The position numbers and the translations under genes are program-made. The notes under the pieces were generated by a model. It saw only the letters and a list, made by a program, of their open reading frames with translations, was not told where the DNA came from and ran no database searches. Below are positions 56,647 through 64,000 of a stretch of DNA of 64,000 bases, in pieces (position 1 is the stretch's first letter; every line of letters begins with the position of its first letter). Source of the stretch: a virus (taxonomy: Duplodnaviria; Caudoviricetes); the IMG/VR virus record IMGVR_UViG_3300020375_000001, positions 64,001 to 128,000 of that record, one strand, 5' to 3'.

Positions 56647-57711
56647 TTACTCCCGCATTGCAATCACATCAACATGGTCGTCCACATCGATGTCTGTATA
56701 ATTAGCGTTGAGCAGGTAAGTCAATTTACGGATACTGTATTCCGTTTTGTTAACTACTACACACCCATCCAACAATGATGGTAACTCATTAAAAGAGTCA
56801 TCTTCGAATATCCCCGTCGGTCCCATGCCAAGGTAGATGACTGCCATGGCATTCTTGTCAAAGGAGACTGGGTTGTCCTGAGCATACAATCTCTCAGTAC
56901 CTTCACCCTTCACCGCATCGACAGCTAAGAAATAACTGTAAGTCTGTTTAGTTTCTTTTATCTTAAAGAAACCGGCACCGCCATGGTACCTGACTAAATC
57001 GCGAAGCGCATGGTAACCCTGTGTGTCAATCGGCACACCAGCTCTAGGCTGTAGTGTATGTGTACGAGATGTAATTGCTGCCTGACAAGAAGAGCATTTA
57101 CCACAAGAGAAAAGTATCCCACCTAATTTGGTGGTGGAATCACAGAAAGAGATGTTTTTCATTACATCGCCAATACCGAAGTCGGCACAAATGCCATGTA
57201 ACCACGGCACGATATCCTCTTTACTCATTTTGAGTAAGGGGAAAAATATCTTAGGTTGGGTTACTGACTCTTTGATGTTCCACGACGAAGCTTTCCATTG
57301 TCTAACGACATCATCGTTCATGGAAATGGTGTCGTCTGCTACTGCCCCGACGGCGATGTAATCGGTTTCTTTTGGTATTAGAAAAGACAGTAGCGATAAC
57401 CAAAAATGTTTTTGTGCGTACCTGATATTATTTGGCCACGCCGTGTCTCCGACAATACCCGGCATTGTAAACTTGGTAAACTTAATGTTTCTACCCAAGG
57501 CCGATACACCAATAATGTTTGACAAACGGGTTCTAGCCAACTCTTCATGGTTGGGATTAGGTAAGTTAATTCCATTGAGACTTACTGCAGTGACATTAGC
57601 CCCAGCGGCGGCTAAGCCTAAAAGGGCGGCGGTTGAATCTAATCCACCCGACCATGGGACTACTACGTTTTTACCTTTATACTTTCTAAGGTTACCTGGA
57701 TTCTTTTTCAT
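56647..57711 (-). CDS. QueC-like PP-loop ATP pyrophosphatase with C-terminal extension
   Basis: WSGGLDS PP-loop; C-x12-CGKCSSC zinc site. Confidence 0.8.
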   Translation of the reverse strand: MKKNPGNLRKYKGKNVVVPWSGGLDSTAALLGLAAAGANVTAVSLNGINLPNPNHEELARTRLSNIIGVSALGRNIKFTKFTMPGIVGDTAWPNNIRYAQKHFWLSLLSFLIPKETDYIAVGAVADDTISMNDDVVRQWKASSWNIKESVTQPKIFFPLLKMSKEDIVPWLHGICADFGIGDVMKNISFCDSTTKLGGILFSCGKCSSCQAAITSRTHTLQPRAGVPIDTQGYHALRDLVRYHGGAGFFKIKETKQTYSYFLAVDAVKGEGTERLYAQDNPVSFDKNAMAVIYLGMGPTGIFEDDSFNELPSLLDGCVVVNKTEYSIRKLTYLLNANYTDIDVDDHVDVIAMRE

Positions 57712-58046
57712 CGGTCCCCGGCCTTAGGTGTTGATAGCTCATCAATAACTTTAGCCGATGACTCCAACGCTTCACGATTAATATTGGCTAAGGCTAAGCC
57801 CTCTGCACGATAGGCTGCGATGTCATTAATGAACTCTCTAACCAATCGTTTTTCCGTGGAGTCATTTAAGTTAAGTTCCAAACCTACCTGATTGCCAAAA
57901 GCTCCCTCATCCATGTTGGTTACGGTTATAGTGGCAAAATCACTATCGCCACCAACCTCTACCACCTCACGCATTTTCTCGCAGCTCTCAACGGACTGCT
58001 CCAGTTTTTTGAAATGGTCTTTTACCGCTTTTACTGCATAATTCAT
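57708..58046 (-). CDS. Hypothetical protein
   Basis: 112 aa, translationally coupled to neighbours. Confidence 0.6.
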   Translation of the reverse strand: MNYAVKAVKDHFKKLEQSVESCEKMREVVEVGGDSDFATITVTNMDEGAFGNQVGLELNLNDSTEKRLVREFINDIAAYRAEGLALANINREALESSAKVIDELSTPKAGDR

Positions 58047-58537
58047 TATTGTTCATCCCGTTTGATAAATTGACGACAGGGAATACCCTTGTCTAATAGA
58101 AACTGCTTACCATCGTGTTTCTTGTAATCGTTTTCATCGGGTAAGCTATCGGCGTTACGTTGGAACTCATTTAAGTACCATACCTCTTTTATTCCCAGCA
58201 AGTACATGCTCTTTGCACATTCTAAGCAAGGGCCATGGGTAATAAAGACAATAGCACCCACGGTAGTGTGCCCTGTGCGGGACAACTTATCTAAAGAGTT
58301 ACGTTCAGCATGTACTACTTCAGGGCGGGTCTTGTTGGGCAAATGTGGGTGGTCGCATTCGTACTCACATTTATTATCGGACCCAGGTGGCATCCCGTTC
58401 CAACCTACGGAGATTAATCCGTTGCTGGTAACCAGAATACTACCAACCTTTCTTCTTTTAGCTACGGACTCCTGAGAGCATCGAATAGCCATATCCATAT
58501 ACAATGGAAAATATTTGGACTTATGTGGGTCAATCAT
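58046..58537 (-). CDS. dCMP deaminase
   Basis: RRKVG, GWNG, HAERN, PCLECAK. Confidence 0.92.
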   Translation of the reverse strand: MIDPHKSKYFPLYMDMAIRCSQESVAKRRKVGSILVTSNGLISVGWNGMPPGSDNKCEYECDHPHLPNKTRPEVVHAERNSLDKLSRTGHTTVGAIVFITHGPCLECAKSMYLLGIKEVWYLNEFQRNADSLPDENDYKKHDGKQFLLDKGIPCRQFIKRDEQ

Positions 58538-58563
58538 GGCAAAATAAAATAGGTTACGTGGTT

Positions 58564-58591
58564 CTATAAAATAGTTACTGAGCGTATTTTT
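58564..58591 (-). promoter_or_regulatory. Putative middle-type promoter (AAAATACGC-N13-TATAG)
   Basis: Heads the dCMP deaminase-QueC-thyA-DHFR run. Confidence 0.55.
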
Positions 58592-58597
58592 TCATTA

Positions 58598-58790
58598 GAC
58601 GGCATAAAGCAGGGCAACTGCCCTACAAGACAAGACGAAAAAAAAAAGGGGCCCAAGGGAAGGGCCCCTAACGGGAGTGGAGGTCGCGAACCTCCTCGTG
58701 GACGCTACTGTGTCGTGCGAACCGCTTGAATAAAAAAGGAGAGAGGCACTAGTCCAGCTCTCCAAGGGGAACACTCAGAAAACACTCAAA
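58598..58790 (-). repeat. Stack of four hairpins, related to 50341-50460
   Basis: GGGCCC stem, GGGAGTGGAGGTC, TTATGCCGTC, AACACTCA direct repeat. Confidence 0.55.
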
Positions 58791-58813
58791 GATAGCATTC
58801 CCAGGACACTTCG

Positions 58814-59563
58814 TTAACCGACCTTATCGAGTCTATACATTAAGTTCACTAAACGCGATACTTTATATTCGAATAAGTCAGAGGAGCTATATACCACCAA
58901 TGTTCCAGTTGGGTCACAGTTCTCAGAAGGGGAATAGATTCCAGTTGATATTGGAAAGCACTCCGGCTCTTCACGATTTTCAAGAGCTGCAATTTCGAAC
59001 GTGTCGTAGGCCGCTTGCATTACTGCGTCGCGGTCAAACGCTTTGTCCTTAGACATAAGAAGTTCATGCGGTGCTGGTTTGGTAAGTACGAAGTCAATAC
59101 CTTTATCCAGCAGCAGTTTCTTCAACCCTTTCCACAGCGGAAGTTCCGACATGAGATAGGTGTCGCTAGTGAGATGTGGCCAAAGGTCAGGTACATCAAT
59201 CAAAACCATTCCCACGTCGCACTGGGCAGCGTTAAGGTTATGTTCTAATAAATCTAGAAAACATTGTGCGGTACCGTATCCACCCGCCATCGTAGTGACG
59301 ATGTCAAACTGTACGTTGGTATTACCGCTGTACAAAGCGTCGATTATCGTAGTAAGGGTAGACTCACCGTCAAACACTAGTACACCCCGTTTATTAGACT
59401 GCTCGTTTAAACCTTTAGCAGCTTCTCTAACAAGATATCGTGAGAACAATGACTTACCACTGTGTACATGTGAATGTACAACGATACCCAGTGCACTGTC
59501 AGGATTTTCGACGGTGGCAAAAATTGGTTCGAGCTCAGACCCCTGAATTAATGACTTAATCAT
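58814..59563 (-). CDS. RecA/DnaB-like P-loop domain protein, degenerate
   Basis: HVHSGKS Walker A lacking the first Gly; VLVFDGE; LIDVP. Confidence 0.5.
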   Translation of the reverse strand: MIKSLIQGSELEPIFATVENPDSALGIVVHSHVHSGKSLFSRYLVREAAKGLNEQSNKRGVLVFDGESTLTTIIDALYSGNTNVQFDIVTTMAGGYGTAQCFLDLLEHNLNAAQCDVGMVLIDVPDLWPHLTSDTYLMSELPLWKGLKKLLLDKGIDFVLTKPAPHELLMSKDKAFDRDAVMQAAYDTFEIAALENREEPECFPISTGIYSPSENCDPTGTLVVYSSSDLFEYKVSRLVNLMYRLDKVG

Positions 59564-59642
59564 TAAGTGATTCCTTTTATTTTGGTTTAATGTAAAAGAC
59601 TACCTTCACTCAAAAGATTATTTGAGTGTGTAATTTCTAGCG

Positions 59643-60065
59643 TTATTTATTTGCAGTGACTTTCTTCTTTTTACGGAAGTCCATCTCTTTACCAAGAACA
59701 GCGGTAAGCAGTTCTACACCCCTGTCCGTTATCCCGTAGGCAACGTAACGACCATCTCTGTGGCGATTAAGGTAACCCTGTTTAGCTAGGTTACGTAGTA
59801 AACGACATATGGCTGAGTATGACCACGACTTAACATCGTCTTGCCCCGATGTAAATGAGATATACATTCCTTCTACTTCACCCGGATAAATCGTTGGGTA
59901 ACGTGCAGAGTAGTTATCATTTACAATACCTAGGCAAACCAAGGCAGGTAGGGATAGACTAGCGCCACGCAATTGTGCCAACACACCTATGTCCCCTGAG
60001 ACTTTTAAAGCTTTACGGACCGTTTTATGGTTGGTGTCCTCAACCGGTACTTTTTGTGTTTTCAT
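59643..60065 (-). CDS. Winged-helix DNA-binding protein
   Basis: SAICRLLRNLAKQGYLNR...YGITDRG wHTH pattern; basic tail. Confidence 0.65.
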   Translation of the reverse strand: MKTQKVPVEDTNHKTVRKALKVSGDIGVLAQLRGASLSLPALVCLGIVNDNYSARYPTIYPGEVEGMYISFTSGQDDVKSWSYSAICRLLRNLAKQGYLNRHRDGRYVAYGITDRGVELLTAVLGKEMDFRKKKKVTANK

Positions 60066-60126
60066 TTCTTCATCCTGTTATTCGAAAAAAACTAAAACGT
60101 TATAAAAGAGGGGAAACCCCCTCCAC

Positions 60127-61182
60127 CTATTTACTACTATCACGCTCCATGGTATTATCCTCCAACGCCAAAGGGCGTGCAGTTCCAACCATTACGTGTA
60201 AATCGGGTAATTCTTGCATTACCTTCATTATCTCCTCTTGGGTGCAGTCCCAGTACTCCATTTCTACTAATACCTCACCTAAATTAAGGTCCGGTAAAAA
60301 CTTTGTAACTCTGTGACATAACCCCTTTTCAACCAACGTGTTTGAGAATTTAAATACATCAGCCTGACACTCAGCCCGATATGAAAGACAGTCTAACTTA
60401 GGCGCTGCATCCGCGTTATGGTAAGCGCCAAGATTGTAAATCTCGAGCTTTATGGTCTTCCCATCCTTTTGGATAACTGGTACCGAATCATCCGTAATAC
60501 CGCTAAGAACTTCTTTAGCCCCATACCACTCGATGACGCCAGCTAACTCACCCCAGAAATTATTGTCAAGGGAATTATCAGTAATGGCTAACTCGGTAGC
60601 ATGTTGGAACGCATGGAACTTACGGAACCCCAGATTTTCTATACTGAGCAAAATAACCATGGTTGGTTTTAGCTCAATGATGTTAGTCGGGAGTATTGCA
60701 CAGCGAACTACCTCTTTTCCGTCCTTACCAAAATAATACCCAGTTAGTTCCTTGTACTTTTTGGTTTGGTTAGGGTCACTGTAATCATTTAAACTAACCC
60801 CAAATATAAAATGTTTTGGAGTGACTAAAAGGGCAACGTCTCCCATGACCACAATTTTATCCATGTAACCACAGATATTGTCGTAAGTTGTAGCAATGAA
60901 ATTTTCATTATCTTTGGGATTGTGCACCATGTAAGGAACATCTTGGGACTCTAGTGAGTCTATGATACTACACACAGAGCTATTACTATTTAACCTTCGG
61001 TCGATATACTCATCCCTAGGTATGTGGTTATAACTTACAGTATCCGCATCGGAATACTTGCCAGTGTCGTTAAGTCTACGTACACCATTCTCACCAACCT
61101 TAGTTTGGTAAACTTTGCCGTCTACTGCAAAATCACCATCGGACCTTATTGCGGCGGCGTACGGCACGTTATACAATGACAT
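60127..61182 (-). CDS. Hypothetical protein
   Basis: 351 aa, GGAG SD. Confidence 0.7.
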   Translation of the reverse strand: MSLYNVPYAAAIRSDGDFAVDGKVYQTKVGENGVRRLNDTGKYSDADTVSYNHIPRDEYIDRRLNSNSSVCSIIDSLESQDVPYMVHNPKDNENFIATTYDNICGYMDKIVVMGDVALLVTPKHFIFGVSLNDYSDPNQTKKYKELTGYYFGKDGKEVVRCAILPTNIIELKPTMVILLSIENLGFRKFHAFQHATELAITDNSLDNNFWGELAGVIEWYGAKEVLSGITDDSVPVIQKDGKTIKLEIYNLGAYHNADAAPKLDCLSYRAECQADVFKFSNTLVEKGLCHRVTKFLPDLNLGEVLVEMEYWDCTQEEIMKVMQELPDLHVMVGTARPLALEDNTMERDSSK

Positions 61183-61793
61183 TATCTTCTCCTACCTGCT
61201 CTACGATTAGCCTGTCGGTTCATCGCTCGCTGTTGTTTGCGGTTAGGCTGATAGCCTTTTTGTTTTGGTATACGACATTCTTTTGGAAATAACATGCGGT
61301 CCCCATCGAAGTCGGCAAAGTGAACATCCGACATGGCGACAGCTACGTCAGCTAAACTTAACTCATGGTCCGGATGACTAGTCAGTGAATCCACCAACAC
61401 TACTTTATTGGATGTCGCCAAGGCAAGCATGGCTGCCCTAGTGGCTGCGCTAGCACCGCCTATAACGACGGTCTCACCTAGAATTTCGTCGAGCTTTTCG
61501 GTGGCTTGACGTACTTCGTACTCAGCCATAGCCTCTCCATCAGCTTTTGGTGTATGGGTAGTAAATGAACCGCAGCCGTAATGTTCCTTACAGTACATTA
61601 TCATCATCATGGTTTGGTCTTCACCAACCCAACCTGGGTCATGGGTGGCATCTTCTTCGTTATCCACCATAACCCAAATGGGTGCACCTTCTACACCGGC
61701 TCGAATTTCATCGATGTTCAATTTAATGAATTTACCAGTTTCGGTACACTTCAGTAACATGCGTTGTTCTGGCTTCTTCATTTCACACCCCAC
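61182..61793 (-). CDS. Hypothetical protein with Arg-rich tail
   Basis: Ends NRKQQRAMNRQANRRAGRRR. Confidence 0.65.
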   Translation of the reverse strand: MGCEMKKPEQRMLLKCTETGKFIKLNIDEIRAGVEGAPIWVMVDNEEDATHDPGWVGEDQTMMMIMYCKEHYGCGSFTTHTPKADGEAMAEYEVRQATEKLDEILGETVVIGGASAATRAAMLALATSNKVVLVDSLTSHPDHELSLADVAVAMSDVHFADFDGDRMLFPKECRIPKQKGYQPNRKQQRAMNRQANRRAGRRR

Positions 61794-62038
61794 CCATTAG
61801 TTCGTTCACGAATCATCAGTACCAGTATGTTTGCTGCGAGTGATAAAACAATCCAAATCAACAGCACGGTTGGTACCATTAACACGTGGCTATTAAATTC
61901 ACTGTGACCTAACCACTCACCCAGTAACCCGTAGCTATCCGAACAAAATGGCTGGACGGTAGCTAAAATAAACCAAGCAACAAGTGACTGCGTCACTATT
62001 GTAACCAAAGATATCTTTTTCATTTTTTCCCACATCAC
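61778..62038 (-). CDS. Membrane protein
   Basis: Two TM segments. Confidence 0.6.
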   Translation of the reverse strand: MMWEKMKKISLVTIVTQSLVAWFILATVQPFCSDSYGLLGEWLGHSEFNSHVLMVPTVLLIWIVLSLAANILVLMIRERTNGWGVK

Positions 62039-62096
62039 TTTTTCTCCTGTTATTTAAAAAGTAAAAGGCGACCCTACGGCCGCCTAGTATTGGGGT

Positions 62097-62459
62097 CTAA
62101 CTGATTAGCACGATTAGCATTGCAATAGATGTTGTGGCAATGATGTAACACATTACCCACAATACAAACCGTCTTAGTTTCTTTAAAATTAAAGTCCATT
62201 GAGCTTTGGCTACCGTGAGGTTAAGCATTACGCCATACGCCACCAGTAAACCAATTGGCCAAAGGAACCACCCGATGTGAAATAGAATGGCTGCGGGCAA
62301 TGAACCTACAGCATATTCTAGTTGTTTGTACAAGAACAGACTATCCTTACCGAATGCTAAGTTAATAGCAATCACACACGACAGCAACCACAAAGCTATT
62401 GCGATTGTTATACTTAAGGCAGCGGGAACTTGTTCAATACACCATGTCAACCAATCCAT
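62097..62459 (-). CDS. Multi-pass membrane protein
   Basis: Three to four TM segments; GAGG SD. Confidence 0.65.
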   Translation of the reverse strand: MDWLTWCIEQVPAALSITIAIALWLLSCVIAINLAFGKDSLFLYKQLEYAVGSLPAAILFHIGWFLWPIGLLVAYGVMLNLTVAKAQWTLILKKLRRFVLWVMCYIIATTSIAMLIVLIS

Positions 62460-62479
62460 CTTTCACCTCAGTATTACTT

Positions 62480-62842
62480 TCAAGCCACTTTCTGTTCGGT
62501 GTGCTTTTGCAGTTGGTCGAGGCGACGGCGAATGATACGGTCACGTTGTTTCTTCGTGCTACCGGCAATATCCTGCATGTAATCACGGCGTTCACCCACA
62601 TAGGCCATGAACGTTAAGGCGTCGGCGTAGTCTTCCACAGACTTGAGCTTTTTAGGATACTCAATGTTGTCGGCAGTAAGGACACCGTCTTTATATTCGC
62701 GGCGAAGTTCACCTTCGAACTCAACGCGGATGTTGGCTTTAGGGTCTTTAAATAAGAAGCGATTTACTTCTCCGTCGGGGTTAGCAGTGATAACGCTATT
62801 CGGCTCATCGACACCCGGTACCAGTAAGCTTACTTTCCACAT
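62480..62842 (-). CDS. Hypothetical protein
   Basis: 120 aa, AGGA SD. Confidence 0.65.
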   Translation of the reverse strand: MWKVSLLVPGVDEPNSVITANPDGEVNRFLFKDPKANIRVEFEGELRREYKDGVLTADNIEYPKKLKSVEDYADALTFMAYVGERRDYMQDIAGSTKKQRDRIIRRRLDQLQKHTEQKVA

Positions 62843-62874
62843 GACTTATTTCCTTTTATTTAAGTAAATTGATT

Positions 62875-63153
62875 TTAGAGAGCGAGGACCTTACGACCCT
62901 CAGGACTTTCAATAACTCCGGTTACCCAACCGAAACTATCAGACTCACCTGGGTAAACTTTAACGTTAAACTCATCTTCCAATTGGACGATGAGTCCGTA
63001 GTGCGGATTACCTTTGGGAGTAATGAGATATTTCTCGGCGGCGCTGAAAAACTCATCCGGTAATGAACTAAGTTCTACAAAGCCTTCTTCATTGACTGAC
63101 ACTTTTCTTTTATCAAGCGAAAGCATGTGGTCAACAATAACTTGGGGTTCCAT
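62875..63153 (-). CDS. Hypothetical protein
   Basis: 92 aa, AGGA SD. Confidence 0.6.
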   Translation of the reverse strand: MEPQVIVDHMLSLDKRKVSVNEEGFVELSSLPDEFFSAAEKYLITPKGNPHYGLIVQLEDEFNVKVYPGESDSFGWVTGVIESPEGRKVLAL

Positions 63154-63563
63154 CTACTATTCCTTTCTTCTAGGTCTAGTTTATTTCTAGTTAATAGGAT
63201 ATCGGCAACAATCTCGCCGGTATACTTTGGATTATCAATAAGAATTTGAATGGCTTCATCCATCAATCTTTTAGGTGGTGGAAATCCTGCCACCATATTA
63301 ATTGAATGAAATGTATTTTTACCACCATCTCGAGTGTACTCCATCGTCGCGCGTCGCTTACCTAAGTAAGAAACGTGTGATGCGGCCAACTCATGCACTT
63401 TATTATATTCCCTTCGGTGCGTGCGTAAATCTCCCTCCATGGTTATTTTATTTACCTCTACCAGAAACAGAGGACGTGCACCACCTAACAAAGCGTTGAT
63501 GTGTAACACCAATACTTGCCGTAGTAACTCCTCTTGTTCTTCACGAGTACCCATTAGTAACAC
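63075..63563 (-). CDS. Hypothetical protein
   Basis: Probable start MGTREEQ with AGGAG SD; true stop and overlap with next gene uncertain. Confidence 0.5.
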   Translation of the reverse strand: MLLMGTREEQEELLRQVLVLHINALLGGARPLFLVEVNKITMEGDLRTHRREYNKVHELAASHVSYLGKRRATMEYTRDGGKNTFHSINMVAGFPPPKRLMDEAIQILIDNPKYTGEIVADILLTRNKLDLEERNSRWNPKLLLTTCFRLIKEKCQSMKKAL

Positions 63564-63682
63564 TCCTGTTATTAGTTATACTAGTAGTACATCTTTATAA
63601 TATATTTTTAAAATAATTTAGTATTAATGGCAAAAGTAAATAGGGCCCCGACCAAAATCGGGTACCCTATTGTTTTCTGACG

Positions 63683-63901
63683 TTAGTGGAAAATGCTATT
63701 CGACTGAATACACCCACATGAAGTGCTCTCCCCAGAACACAAACTTGTCTCTGATACAATAATCTCTCCACCGCAATCGCACTTACATTTCCAATGTGGA
63801 ACCTCTTGCTGGGTTCCTACAGGACGCGCACCTACAAAAGCTGATACAGTGAGTTTATTAAAACGACCATTGGTTAGGTCTTGTTGGCTGTTATCAGTCA
63901 T
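63683..63901 (-). CDS. Stand-alone HNH/AP2-associated zinc-binding motif protein
   Basis: DLTNGRFNKLTV...WKCKCDCG...TSCGC; GGAG SD. Confidence 0.7.
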   Translation of the reverse strand: MTDNSQQDLTNGRFNKLTVSAFVGARPVGTQQEVPHWKCKCDCGGEIIVSETSLCSGESTSCGCIQSNSIFH

Positions 63902-64000
63902 AATACGACTTATACTCCATTATCATTTTATTGGAAGATACCTCTGCTTCCATAAAAGAAGAATGGGGCGTAATTTTTTTATCCTGCGAAAACTATGCCC

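Noticed and set aside
56647-57711. Complete 7-deazaguanine DNA modification cluster
   Set aside because: Only a QueC-like gene is present; folE, queD, queE and dpdA were not found in the window
187-63499. Many opposite-strand or out-of-frame ORFs in the track (for example 245..637, 5654..6028, 18710..19195, 34062..34463, 43875..44267, 49009..49476)
   Set aside because: Shadows of well-supported genes, without SD sites or recognisable motifs
1-64000. CRISPR array, tRNA genes, integrase, IS elements, introns or inteins
   Set aside because: No regularly spaced repeats, cloverleafs, transposase/integrase motifs or interrupted core genes seen by eye; tRNAscan-SE and Infernal were not run
1-64000. 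Alternative genetic code (stop-codon reassignment)
   Set aside because: Recognisable genes are full length in the standard code and coding density is high

Overview
64-kb segment of a nucleus-forming, phiKZ-like (Chimalliviridae) jumbo phage, probably of a Vibrio-type host (inferred from the Vibrio-like lipoprotein and gene content). Left part (1-30 kb, mostly minus strand): the conserved phage-nucleus and replication block, with PhuZ tubulin, split family-B DNA polymerase, chimallin, the non-virion RNAP beta-prime N subunit with NADFDGD, an SbcD/Mre11-like nuclease, and ChmC-, gp68-, PicA- and gp70-like genes. The phiKZ gene numbers are assigned from remembered sequence character and synteny, not from a search. 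Right part (30-64 kb): virion and tail-fibre-type genes, a holin plus secreted SLT endolysin, accessory genes, and a dTMP cluster (dCMP deaminase, thyA, DHFR) containing an orphan QueC-like enzyme. The two most notable observations are (1) a dispersed candidate Kdo-glycosylation system (kdsB, kdsD, a KpsS/KpsC-like GT-B transferase, a divergent GT8 and a SAM methyltransferase) among virion and fibre genes, and (2) a GC-rich, multi-helix, possibly pseudoknotted ORF-free element of about 250 nt downstream of phuZ that looks like an unassigned ncRNA. Two recurrent promoter motifs, a conserved post-hairpin TTATGYCGT signal, several apparently dead enzyme folds and three unlisted small ORFs were also seen. 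No CRISPR array, tRNA, reverse transcriptase, integrase or intron was recognised. All calls come from manual reading only.
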